Shown: in pieces, positions 48,789-60,564 of the stretch
Numbering within the stretch: the first letter of the stretch is position 1
Layout of the letters: each line of letters opens with the position of its first letter
Origin: Neoechinorhynchus agilis
Taxonomy: Eukaryota > Animalia > Acanthocephala
NCBI GenBank assembly: GCA_051530055.1
Contig: CM121343.1
Location: 3,504,389-3,568,388, forward strand
Length of the DNA stretch: 64,000 bases
Reading direction: 5' to 3'
Notes under the pieces: model-generated
What the model was told of the DNA's origin: nothing
Database searches by the model: none
The model's input: only the letters and a program-made list of their open reading frames with translations
Program-made: the position numbers and the translations under genes

Positions 48789-49327
48789 GAAAATTTTGTG
48801 GATTGACCCAATAAGTAATCTTTTAAGAAAATTTAATTATTCGGAAATCGAAATAAAAGGTAAACAACACTCAGTGGACTTTTGTTCCGTTGAAGTTTCT
48901 CGGTTGTTTTTTATTCCATTACGTATTTATCATGAGGAAACCAAGTGGGTACGTGGCTTTTGTTTAAAATTTAAAGCTGCCAATCAAAAGATCACAAGTA
49001 CGTATATTGGACCACAAAGTTATGCAATTCTCGCTCCTTTTGATATCGAGTAACCATAAAGAAAAACTGTTCTCATTTAAAGTATTATTTCAAAAACAAA
49101 TTTAGGCTAAGTAATTATCGTTCGAATTCTTCATCGACCGCCAAAAAAACATAGGCTACTGTTTAAACGTATGTAGCCGTCTATATACTTTGCTTGGTAT
49201 CTTCATTAACAAAAATAATAACTAGTTTTGAATTTTTAACGTCCATCTCTCGAGGATAAAAAGAATGTCTTTTGTTTAGTCCTTATGCATTATTATCATT
49301 TGAACGACATCCTCAATAACTGTTGTG

Positions 49328-49418
49328 AAGTGTGGCCTTTTCCACGGCCAATAATTTTCCCGTGGAAAAGGTCACACTTCAACACAGAATAAATGTTGCC
49401 GGCTAGCCAGACTTAAAG
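49328..49418. mobile_element. Small foldback/MITE-like element, copy B
   Basis: GAAGTGTGGCCTTTTCCACGG / CCGTGGAAAAGGTCACACTTC hairpin; flank matches 31468-31514 in reverse. Confidence 0.7.
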
Positions 49419-49613
49419 GTAAAATAATCTAATAATTTTGTTTTTTAATTGACACTTGGTATGTTGTAATGATAAAGAAAATCTTTATTTCCGAGCTTTC
49501 GCCGTCTTTCAGCTTGCTGTCCATTTTCCAAAATTCACAAGATTTCCATTCTCAATCTGTAGCGTTTTCAAACCTATGAATGCGTCTTTGATTTCAATCG
49601 GGGGGAATTCCAA

Positions 49614-49754
49614 TTTATTGATAGTTGCAACCTTATTAACCTCCCCGATGACTGATTTATTTGTAAGATACCTGAAGAAGTCTGCATGCAGACGAAAATG
49701 CGTACAAATAAATCAGTCATCGGGGAGGTTAATAAGGTTGCAACTATCAATAAA
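49614..49754. repeat. Perfect 52-bp inverted repeat with a 37-nt spacer
   Basis: 49614-49665 is the exact reverse complement of 49703-49754. Confidence 0.95.
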
Positions 49755-50659
49755 CCCATGAATGCAAAGCTCAGTCATTCTGTACGATGCTTTAGATTCC
49801 CATTCATTGCCCCCATTCTCTATCCTTGTTTTTTCCACAACTATGAAGCGATTGCAAGTGCTGCTCTCGACTCTTTGTGGATATTTGCTAACTTTATTGA
49901 AAATCAAATAAACCCAAGACAATATTGCAAACTGCTGTCCGCCGCCATGGAATTAGTAATATATCGTTTGTGATGAAAAACATTCTGGTCTTTCAATCGT
50001 GAAGCTACTGAATACGATTAGATGTTCCGACATCGTGGCGAATCACACATTGAATCCGTGTTATAAATGAAAAACAAATCGCTGATTGTTAAGTTCAAAC
50101 ATTCGCTGAAATCAAGGACGATACATTTAATAAACTTGTGGATCGGCGTTCGTTGAACACTCGGCACAATTAGCAATGCTCGAACTAGTCAACGATCGTA
50201 TAAAGAGATCGACAATTGACAGCCTATCGAAATATCAGTATCGGGAAACATTTAAAAAGGCGAGTTTATCAGGCTGGTCTTGATTTTTTGCCAGCAAAAC
50301 TATTGTAAAAAGTTCAAGTAATTTTTGTGCTTTTGGATAAATTCACACTGTACTTAGATTAAGTTTAAAGTCAGTCCTATTCCACAGCCTACTGTTTCAA
50401 CGTAGCGAATGAATATGACCTCCATTATGGCGTGCGATGCCATTTGGATTCACTTTGCGATGTGGCCTTGTTGATCAAAGTGGTTGAGTATTGCAGAACT
50501 GGTGTCAGTGCCTCTTCTTCTCAAAGCATATTTTTGCTCTATGGTTCTTTAGGATCTCAATCGATTACTTTAATTCAAGCCTTCTGGATTTCGTTCAATC
50601 TCTTAAACTCAAAGATAAACCTGGTTTCTTCACTAATCCGAACGCATATACGATCCTTG

Positions 50660-51030
50660 AACAAGATCGAACTTGTTCATCAAAACGCCTAAACTGACAA
50701 CAATTTCATATCTGAATTGCCAATCGATCACGATTTGAGGACAACTTTATGAAAATCGAATATTAATGAGTAATAAACCGCATGACAAACATGAGATTTC
50801 CGTGATAAATTTCAAACGAGAAAATACCCGCGTTTTTCTAAATTTTTGGCTCTCTTCGAAACTTACAAATGCGGCTCAAGTTCTCTTAAGTATCTCGATG
50901 TTCATTAAAATCGATCCTGGCGCATTCCAAGATTTATCAAAGCGTCATGCCTTGGATCTCAATCACAATTGACTTTCCGTTATTCCAAGATTTTTGCTAC
51001 ATTTTTCAAATCCCATTCGCTAACTTGATA
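50660..51030 (+). pseudogene. Possible leucine-rich-repeat gene remnant
   Basis: IKIDPGAFQDLSKRHALDLNHN*LSVIP fits an LRR with an in-frame stop. Confidence 0.4.
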
Positions 51031-51412
51031 TTCATATTTTGCTCCAAATCGGGTAACGTGGAAAGGTAACAGCTCCAAACTCCAAATGGGCATTGAATAG
51101 ACTGAGACTTTAAAATTGTAAAAGGTTTAAAAAGAAACAGGTCTATTATGAATCCATTCACATCCCGATTCTTCTAATAGCTAGAGTTGCCCAATTGCCG
51201 ACGTTTCGGAAATTTATTCTTTCCATCCTCAATGTAACGTTAACAGTCACACAATTTGTCAAACGCGTACGTAGAACCCAGCGTTAAACTAACGCTGACG
51301 TAAGCAATCAATTATCACACTAATCGTAGAGTTTGAGAGTATTAAGCCAAACGAAATCGTCCTCGACAAAAAGCTTCCTGCATATTTTAACACGAAAACA
51401 AAAATGTACACG

Positions 51413-53064
51413 TTACGTTTTAATGAATTCTTCGAGTTCATAACATACAGTTTTGAAAAAATCGACAATCTTCTTATCGTTCAGGTTCTCAGCAGTGTAT
51501 TCCTTAACCCTTACCTTAAATTTTTCAAAATAACTCTTCTTGAAATCTTCTTGTTCCAAAAACGAAGTGAAGATCATACTTGAAGTAAACATTTTTATGA
51601 ATTTGCGCCTTGAGTGATTAGATTGGCAATTTGTTAGAAGCATATCGCGAATCATTTCCGCGTTATAATCTTTGGATATGACTTCTGGGTTGGATAAGAT
51701 GCTCACAAGGTCTTTAAATACTTTGGCGAAAAACAGTAAGAACGCTTCAGCAAAGATGATTGGAATAAGTTTGTCGTCATAGTCAACGAAACGGAATCGC
51801 TTAATATGCTTAAGACAAAACCAGAGGTTTACAAATAAATCAGGCTCAACACGTCCTTCCGTATTATCATAGAGAATCTCGCCTGAGTCAATGTCGATAA
51901 GAATGGCTTTATGGAGTCAATTCTCATAGTGCCCCGCCGGGGAATCGGCACAGCGTTAGGTAACTGTTCGACGAGTAATTGTTCACGGCTTACAGAAACG
52001 CATCCATAAATAAAAGGCGTTGGCACTTGGCAGCAATCGGAAACCCATTGGGCCGGCAACAAAGTTGCCAGTATAAATGGCCATTTAAAAGGATATAAGA
52101 GTTTTGAAAGTCCACTTGAAAATCTACTCGAGGAACTTAAGCTTTTAGATAAGCAAATTACGCTTTGTGAATATAAGAGAGCGTTGAAAATTCGGAGTAT
52201 ATTGTCGGGCGATACATTGCGACAAATCACTTCAAAGTTTGCAAGATAATTATCAGAAGCAGGAGGAACAAAGTACAAAAATTTGTGGTCCATATCGATT
52301 TTGAATGTAATCTGACGATCAGGAATCGGTGATATTTCATGTGACATCAAAGATTGAATTTTGGCAATGGCATCTAATGGATTTTTCCTATAAAGTTTTT
52401 GAAATTGCTGTAGTATGCCATCGTACAAATAATAGTCTAAGAATTTCGAAATTAAGCACAAAACAGTCGTTGGTTTACCTTGGTCTAAAACACGTAAGCA
52501 GTATCCATATTCCATATTGTTACCATGGAACACTTTAGAGAAGACATAAGTCGAGCTTTCATTAAGTTTGACCGAGGTTCCATGCAGCAGTTCAGGAAAA
52601 CAGAAGTTTACATAATCCCTCGATACCTCGTCGTTTTGGTTTAACGGGAAACACCATGTAATTTTCACCAAATGCGGATCATTCGAATCTTGGATACCAA
52701 TTAAGCAAACTTCATACAAAGGAATCGTTTGAGCGTCGGAATTTCCAGTATTATTAAAGTCGTTCATAGAAAGTTCTTGTATAGCCATTGATTTTGTCAA
52801 ATACAAAGGAAATCGGAGAATATCGCCTTTAATAAAGACATTCCTTCGTTCGGTTAGCAATATCCAATGATAAGTAAGGCCAGCAATGTTTGCAAAGTTG
52901 TTGTGCTGGAAAATGTGTAACAACCGTGATCCATGATGAGTACCTGATTCAAGTAAGGAAGGATGCTTAAAATAATAATGCCTACCGAGACCAAAGTTAC
53001 TGTAATGAGCATGAGCTACACTGTACCCTGAATTAATTTTAGGATCGGATTGAGAGTGTTGCAT
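51413..53064 (-). CDS. DENN-domain (Rab GEF-like) protein; frame changes near 51905-51950
   Basis: YGYCLR, VLCLIS, IFNALL...VICLS.SLS, LLYPFKWP...LLP...CQVPTPFIYG, then ILIDIDSG and FTSSMIFTSFLE in a second frame. Confidence 0.85.
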
Positions 53065-53999
53065 AACAACGCCTACAATATCAAGACAATACTTGTGACT
53101 ATGTGAGATGATTACAGCCTTAGGAATTTAAAAAAAGCGAGAGTTTCTCGTTAGTACACGTGAAGCTTTCTATGAGTGTAACAAATTACTCACACCATTT
53201 GACAGACAGAGAAACGCTTAAAATCTATGAAATGAAGGATTGAACGTTAAGAGAATTTTACGTATTTTTAAACTACAATGCAGGAGCATTCTTTATTTTG
53301 GTCACAAACTCGATCCAAACAGTTAAATTGACATGAAAATGCATAGATTTCCGGCTCGCGTTCCAAGGGAACAACAATCAGCAAAAAAGGTAAAAAATTG
53401 GTTGTTCTAATTAAATCTTGTTAATTTCAGTAAGATTTTAAGTATCGCTGAACTCTCGCGAAAGAGCAATTGGCTCTATTAATTCCACAAATTAATTTTT
53501 TCAAATGGTCCATTTGAATTACTATAATCTCAATAATTTTATGACTGTCATTAATAAAGAAGCTTAAGAGCCAATCCACTTATGAAGCAATCAAGTTAGA
53601 AAGCAAAACGCTCAATTAAAACATTCGTTTTGACCGCCAACTCAAAATGAAACTGATTTCTTCCATTGAGATTATTCTCAATTGAACACTACCTTCAAAA
53701 TTTTTTGTTTAATGGGTTATTTGATAAACCTACCATTCGGTCACCAACCAGCGGCAACGAACCTAGAAAATTGAACGAAATTCGTTTGTTAATAGCTACA
53801 GCGCAACGTTTAAAATTAAAGTTTTCAATTTTGATGCCATAAAACCAAAATGAGTGCAAGATAGAATCTGAATTGTGTGTGTTAGTGAAAACCCGAGATA
53901 CCCAGACAGCATTCGATCTTTGTACGGATTCTTTTAGTAATGTTGCATTCCGAGCCGATTCTGAACATAATTCTGACCTGGATGTACCTTTCCACAAAA

Positions 54000-55686
54000 T
54001 CAATTTTTGTGGTTCTTAACGGGCCGATTACCTTGTTGCTTGGACTGCATAGATAACGATGAAGATGCAGATGATGGTGCATTATTGGGTGCCATAGATT
54101 GATTGCTGGTATTCATGGCGTTCCAATCAGGATGATGATATTGTTGGGACACTTGCAGTGAATGTTGATGTTTCATTGCGGCAATGGCTGCAGCTTGAGC
54201 TGCGATAGTATACACATTTGAACCTGGAGCAGCGCCAGCAGCAGTCACAGAAGTCGGATGCAGTGCTGAATGATGTGAACGATAATGTTGAGCTAGATTG
54301 GGGGGAACTCCTGCTCCAAACTGGAACGGTTGTCCAATACCAGGCGCTTGTCCGGCTGATGCCAGTACGCCAGCAACGGCCGCTGCTGCGACTTGATCAA
54401 AGTTAACATCAGGATTAATATAATGGATCGGAGATGGCATTCCGGTAAGTGTCTCAAATGATGAGAGATAATTCAAAAATGCAGGATTGAAGTGATGATG
54501 ATGAGAAGGAGGAGGAATGGCAGGATGTGCGGAATGAGCCTAAATCACAAACGTATTTAAGATTTTCTCAATTTACAAACCACAATATACCAACCAGAGG
54601 TTCGTGATGCAGTTGATTGTACATTTGAGGCTGCGGTGGTTCGTTTTGAGCATGAATGTGACCTGAATTAAAATGTGGAACATTATTTGATTGATGTATA
54701 ATATGGTCGCCGCTTGTTGTGACTAAAGCTGAACTACAATCTTTATCTTGATCCAATCCGCCCGGAGAAGTGATGGTGCTTGTGCCAAGACCCGACGACG
54801 CCACGTTTGTGTCGTTCAATCGGTCGCACTCTTCGCTCGCTGCTATGAGCATTGCATTTGAGTTCATAACGACCAATTCTGTCTCGTAGTGTTGATCATC
54901 ACTTTCTTGCTGCTCACCATCTTGCTCATAATGATCGTTCAATGGATCTGATTGAGGAAGGCACTGCTCGGAGGAAGGAGCAACAAACGTCGATTTTCCC
55001 TCAATACAATCGAAGTGCGAAGCCGTTCGAACGGGACCTTTATATTGAAGCCAGAAATCGGATCTACTAATGGCACTGAGCGTTTCGCCAATTTTCGCAC
55101 AACTCAGAGTGCCACACACTTTTTGACTGTTTTCTTCCACTATCCAAATTAAAGTTTCCTTTAATGCGCGAGTACCGTTCAAGGCCGTCTCTTCGGCTAA
55201 ATTGGCCAAATTCTCTAAAAGTTCCTCATCACCACCAAAAGGCTCCAACGTTAAACGTTTGCGGAATTGAACATCAGATTGAATAACCAACAATATATCG
55301 ATAATTTCAAACATTTTCTTCATCATTTTCCGTCTAAGTCCTACAACGTTACTGTTCTCAATCCTGCTCGCATCCTTCTTAGCTCGCTTTAAGGCCGCGA
55401 ACTCGGACTCAAAAGTATCACGGATCGCTTTTGAACTCGACAAAACCGCTTCTAACTCCGAGAGCCTGCTAACGCTTTGTTTTTGTTCACTATTAAGCGA
55501 TTGACCCTCTTTGAGACAGGATTGAAGTTTCTTAGCTTTTTGAATCTTCTTTTCCAGATTTCTGACTTTTTTGTCAACAATGAACATGGCATACTGGAGA
55601 TTATCCCCAGGTTGAACTTTTTTGCCCTTCTCTCCACTTTCACACAACTGATCGTCATCCTCGGTGATTGAACCATTTTCAACCAT
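54000..55686 (-). CDS. CAPRIN: Caprin-family RNA-granule protein (HR1 coiled coil plus low-complexity Q/A/H tail); last exon(s) unresolved
   Basis: IVDKKVRNLEKK...GQSLNSEQKQSV; intron at about 54540-54593 joins the two ORFs in frame. Confidence 0.8.
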
Positions 55687-55878
55687 CTACATACGCGATA
55701 CAGGAAAATTATCTGCGCCACGCCCGATAAACGGCATCGCGCGTGAGCACATAAAACACAAACGTGTGAATCAAATAGGAGGAATGCAACCACCAGTAGG
55801 CGGCGTGGAAGGAAATGAGGACAAATAGACACGGAAGACAACACGCAAACAGGACAAGGGCGAACCAGTGATGACGTA

Positions 55879-56376
55879 TTATGAGTTAAACAAATAGCGT
55901 CGCTGCAGTGTCATCACTCGCTTTAAAAGACGTCCATCACACAAACCCTTGATTTCACTGAGGGTGTATGCATGTATGACGTCATCGAATCGCGCCTCTA
56001 TCATCACTGCTTGACCAAAGTGAAGTCCTGGAGCACTCGCAGACAAGAGGCTGACGTCAATCGGCAGAAAAGAGTCGAGGACGATTTGAGCTTCTTTTGG
56101 CTTAATCGCTGATATTCTCCCAATTATACGAATCGGATTGTCGGTTTTGACACAGGAAGCAAGGAAATCGGACACTTCTTTAGATTCCAGGAGAACAGCC
56201 GGGGCACCGTAGACACGGTGATGGTCGTTGCGAAATTTAAATTGATTCTTATCGTCTTTGAACGCCGACATCAAGAAAATATGAAGAGGATAAACTTGCG
56301 ATAAGTCCGTAGATTCAGTTCGAATTTTGATAATGCACTTTGAAACTGTGATGTCACGATATGACGTGGACTTCAT
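55879..56376 (-). CDS. OB-fold protein resembling CST subunit TEN1
   Basis: By-eye similarity to TEN1: P..L...EV...IRIIGRI, G..VMI, ...I.G....LL.RV..LQRRYL. Confidence 0.55.
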   Translation of the reverse strand: MKSTSYRDITVSKCIIKIRTESTDLSQVYPLHIFLMSAFKDDKNQFKFRNDHHRVYGAPAVLLESKEVSDFLASCVKTDNPIRIIGRISAIKPKEAQIVLDSFLPIDVSLLSASAPGLHFGQAVMIEARFDDVIHAYTLSEIKGLCDGRLLKRVMTLQRRYLFNS

Positions 56377-56721
56377 TTTCGCCAAAAAAAAGTCATAACG
56401 TAAAAATGCGTCGTGCTTATAAAGCAGTTGAACATTAGAACTGAGTTTTGCACTTAAAATAACTTATTGGTTGTTTTATACGGCGAAAAATAATTGTTTT
56501 CGGAGAGGCATACAATCTTGTACGCCTTTATCACAAAGTTGTTTGTAGAGGAAAATATGCAAGAAAACTTTGTTTCTCAGCAAATCTTGATAAAAAAACC
56601 GTACAAGATTGTGTGCCTCTCCGAAACCAACCGGCAGTTTAAAACCAAAATCATCATTTAATTTCTCTACGCGCCATATAAAACAACCACTTAAAATAAC
56701 GCAATCTAATGCCTGTTCTCG

Positions 56722-56967
56722 GTGCTTCAAGCTGGAGGTGCAGCGAGCGCTACGGAAGGACGTAAAACGGCGAAATACCTCGATTTAGCCCATGAGTTCG
56801 TGCCTTTTGGGGTTGAGACCTACGGATCTCTTGGTAGCGATGCTCTTCAACTTATGAAGGATCTGAAGCGACGCCTTCAGGTTACAACCGGCGATGTTCA
56901 ATATATCAGCATCGCCGTGTTGAGAGGCAACACTGCAAGCATTCAGGCGACAATTGAGGACATCTAG
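56722..56967 (+). mobile_element. CRE-like REL 3' fragment
   Basis: AGGAASATEGRKTAKYLDL...FVPFGVETYG...SIAVLRGN. Confidence 0.85.
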
Positions 56968-58229
56968 GCAATTTTTGCCGGAGAAAGTTTTCCTCTAAGA
57001 TTTTGATTCACCAGTATTTAGGAAAATACTTTAAAAATTGAGAAAATATTTCCATGTAAAGTAAACAAAAAAATTTAACTGGAAAAATGAAGAAATCTAC
57101 GCCACAAATGAACCTAATCAGTCAGAAGCCTTTATCATCCTTCCCATATCCAATCGTGTTCACTCACGGCAGGAAGCATTATTCCTTTCTTCCCGCTTAT
57201 AAATAAGATGAAAACATCAATGGAAATGTATTGGAGTTTTCAACGCTATTTACTTGAAGAGTTTGAACTTATTGTAAAGATGTTTGTCATTTGAACTTTT
57301 TTGATAGCGAATTATCAAATAATTGATTTATTTGGTAATTTTTGGCCTTCGTGTACACATTCTTCAGTTAGTCAAAAATTGATTTATTAACGATATTTGG
57401 GTTTTATCGATAGTTATTTCCCCTTCTTACCATCCATTTTCATAATTGGGACACGGACAAATATTAACCTAAAATTTTCGACATTTTCAAACAATTAATT
57501 TCCCTTCACATTTTTAATTAACTTAAATGATTTCACTTTGTATTTTTTGCTAATCAATCGCTTCTGTCTTATTTTCCGTGACTTCTAGTACGCTCTCTAA
57601 TGCTAATAAGCGAAAATTGAAGCTGATTTCTATTTTGCGATTAATTATCACTGAAGAACTTGAAATATTTGTGGCGTTAGCTAGAAGCCACCGAAATTTC
57701 ATTAACTCAAAATGGAAGGCAAGAACCGTAAACAAACGCTACAAATTAATCGATTACCGAATCAATAACATTAGGAAATTTCATAACTTGGAATAAAGTT
57801 TGTAGCGCCGAAATGACTAAGATTGTATTTGGTTTCAATTATTGGCAAAACAAGGAATTTGTGGTTTTTAAATGAATCCAAGTTTAATGAATTTAATTTG
57901 TTGTTTCGATTATACGGTTCATTTTGTCCGTCAAACTTTTCTAGACACTTCGTGGGCGGAAATTAACTTATAATTTATCATGCTCGTTGGATTTAATGCG
58001 CTTATATACCTTTCCAGCTTGTAGTTGATCTCTAAATCCTTATTTTATCGAAGATGCGCTTCTGAGGTGGCGAGGTTCAAGGTATGGAACTACTCGCATT
58101 TTCCTTCTTCAAATTTTATTTGTTAATGCACAAAGAGAATCCATGTCCCCGTTTGGGTCCTCGTGAAAACACTCGAGTTCTTGTAGGATAAATGAATGTG
58201 AGTATTGATTTTTTTTGCAGTGGATTACG

Positions 58230-58770
58230 GATTCGGACGGGTTGGAATATCCGCTCAGGGGGATGTCCGTTCTGGTGATGATTGGCGGGTTTTCGTCTGG
58301 TTCATTTCGGGTCATGATATCCGGGAAGATTGGGTAGTATGGCAAAAGGTACAAAGTTGAGGGAGGATGAAATGAATTGGGGTTACGAGTGTTGTGCTAG
58401 TGAGAAAAGGGGAATAAAATGTGGTGGAAGGATGCGGGGGAGGAAACCAACTGTGCAAATTTTAGAGGCTCTTCAATGAAACATTTCAATACGACGGATT
58501 TGAGATTTGGATGGGTTGCAGAAGACGGGAAAAATTTGTAGAGATCGGTGGAGGGACTCTTTAATCTTGCAGGCGTTCGAGGAGATAAATTTTAAGGATA
58601 TTGCGCTTGAGGGAGAGTGTGAAATTAGAGAATCTTTTCGAAGCATTTAGAGAAATTCAAATAGATTTTGTGATTGGTGGAGAAATCTTGAGGAGAGGTG
58701 GGGTTGTGATTGAGTGATGAGGGTGAGATCGTCGGCATGAAAGAAAAGTTTATAGTGAGATGAAAGAGGC
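58230..58770 (-). mobile_element. Decayed L2/CR1-like LINE 3' fragment
   Basis: Homologous to 21180-21830 (GGTGAGATCGTCGGC, GGATTTGAGATTTGG, TTACGAGTGTTGTG). Confidence 0.8.
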
Positions 58771-59001
58771 TTAATCGAAGCTAGCCAACAATAGAAGATG
58801 GCTAATAGATTCCGCTACAATATTCCCGATTGAAAAAAAGAGATAATCAGTTGGTATGGTTCGAAAGTCTACAGTTACAAGTAACAATTATATTTTGATT
58901 CCATGTTCGAAACATAAATCATAATTAAATCATCAAACGACTTTAGGATACATCTTAAGTGATCAGAAATTCGAATACTTTTCCCTTCTGCTCAAAAGGC
59001 C

Positions 59002-59838
59002 TTAAGATTTTATTTGCTTATCAGCTTTCCCATTCATAATTCGCTTACAAAAATCAACATTTAAAATTTTCCTGTGGCTCTTTTGTGCCATTCTGCGCGA
59101 TTTCATATCCAAAATAATTTTTTTCAGGTGAGTTTCTTTGAACCGTTTAAGTAATAGCAATTGTTCCGTTCTTTGCTTAAGACATTCGCGACACGTCTGA
59201 TTGGTAAGCGGAAATTCGCAAGAATAATTTCCTTTTATTTTATTATATTCATCTATGAAATCACTATATGGAAAGGAGTCGTCGACAAATCTATAGATTT
59301 CATGGTCGAAAGCTAACAACATCCAATCTTTTTCTTCACGCGACGTAATATTGTTGCTATATTTATCGATTCGTTCTCGGATACTAACCAATTTCAACTT
59401 TGTATTAAAATCCACCGAATCTTCAGCTTCCAAATGATCATATCGCTGCTTGTTGCTTGATTTGAGTTTTTCAGAAAGCTCATTAATTTCAGCACTGGGT
59501 GTCTTGCCAAGCAATCCGCGCTCAATCGCTTTTCGACACCTTTGAGCATTATTCTTTCTAGATTTTTTTACAAAGTTTTGCAACTCAGCTACTTTTTCAT
59601 TCCGATAGATCTTCTTTATAGTCGAATATTGATTGGCATCGAATAAATTGATTTGCTTTATATTAGCAATACTCATCCATCTCTTCAAAGAATCACCGCT
59701 CTTTAATATTTGGCTGGGAGCAAAGAACGGCAAAGATTCGGGAATTCTAGCATTTTGGTCTCTATAATAAATATGTTTTTTCCTAGCCAAAGCCAGTTTG
59801 TGACTGTCATCGATCAATTTTTCATATTGGGCTTCCAT
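59002..59838 (-). CDS. Hypothetical 278-aa basic, charged protein, intronless
   Basis: Long ATG-to-TAA ORF in AT-rich DNA; no family recognised. Confidence 0.6.
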   Translation of the reverse strand: MEAQYEKLIDDSHKLALARKKHIYYRDQNARIPESLPFFAPSQILKSGDSLKRWMSIANIKQINLFDANQYSTIKKIYRNEKVAELQNFVKKSRKNNAQRCRKAIERGLLGKTPSAEINELSEKLKSSNKQRYDHLEAEDSVDFNTKLKLVSIRERIDKYSNNITSREEKDWMLLAFDHEIYRFVDDSFPYSDFIDEYNKIKGNYSCEFPLTNQTCRECLKQRTEQLLLLKRFKETHLKKIILDMKSRRMAQKSHRKILNVDFCKRIMNGKADKQIKS

Positions 59839-60564
59839 ATGATTAACCTAGCCTCGGATATTCTAGAAGTCGTTTCAATTAACGATCGTTGGTTACCTAG
59901 CAACTAGCGAATTACAAATCGAGCGCTCTAATTTTGGAGCACCTAAATAAACGCAAGAAATTTTTGAAATATGTGCAAATCAGCGTTCGTAACATTTCAA
60001 AAAAAATCCAATTAAGTATATCTGATTGCAATTGTCGAAAAGACTGAAGAGAATCATTGACGATCCGAGGTTTCGGCTATGTCTCAATTCTCATAAGATG
60101 TTAATTCAATGTAGAAAGCAGAACTTGTCCGTTTGTGTTTATTTGCGCAAAACTCAACAATTAAGACGAATAATTCTCTACTTTTCATGGGGCCTTTAAA
60201 AACAATACCTCTAAAGTCGTTTCCTTTTCACATGAGCAAAACAATCCCAATTCATTTCATCCTCCCTTCATTTTTCCATACCGTCAACCGAAATGAAAAG
60301 GAGGAAAGTCCCAACTTCACAAGAATAACCACCGACTTTCGAACCCGTGATCCAGTCCATAATCAACATTCATTTGGCCTATCAGAAATCGAGTGTTTTT
60401 GTGAAAACGTGTTATTATTAGACGAGGACAATGGCTGAAAAGTGATCCAGAGCGGGTTTCGTGGATGTTTTTCGAACTCTGTCGTTTAAATCGTAGATTT
60501 TCCACTTGCTCTTTCCTCCGAAAAGGCAAATTCGCGTACACCCATTTAAACTCTCAAATAATGC

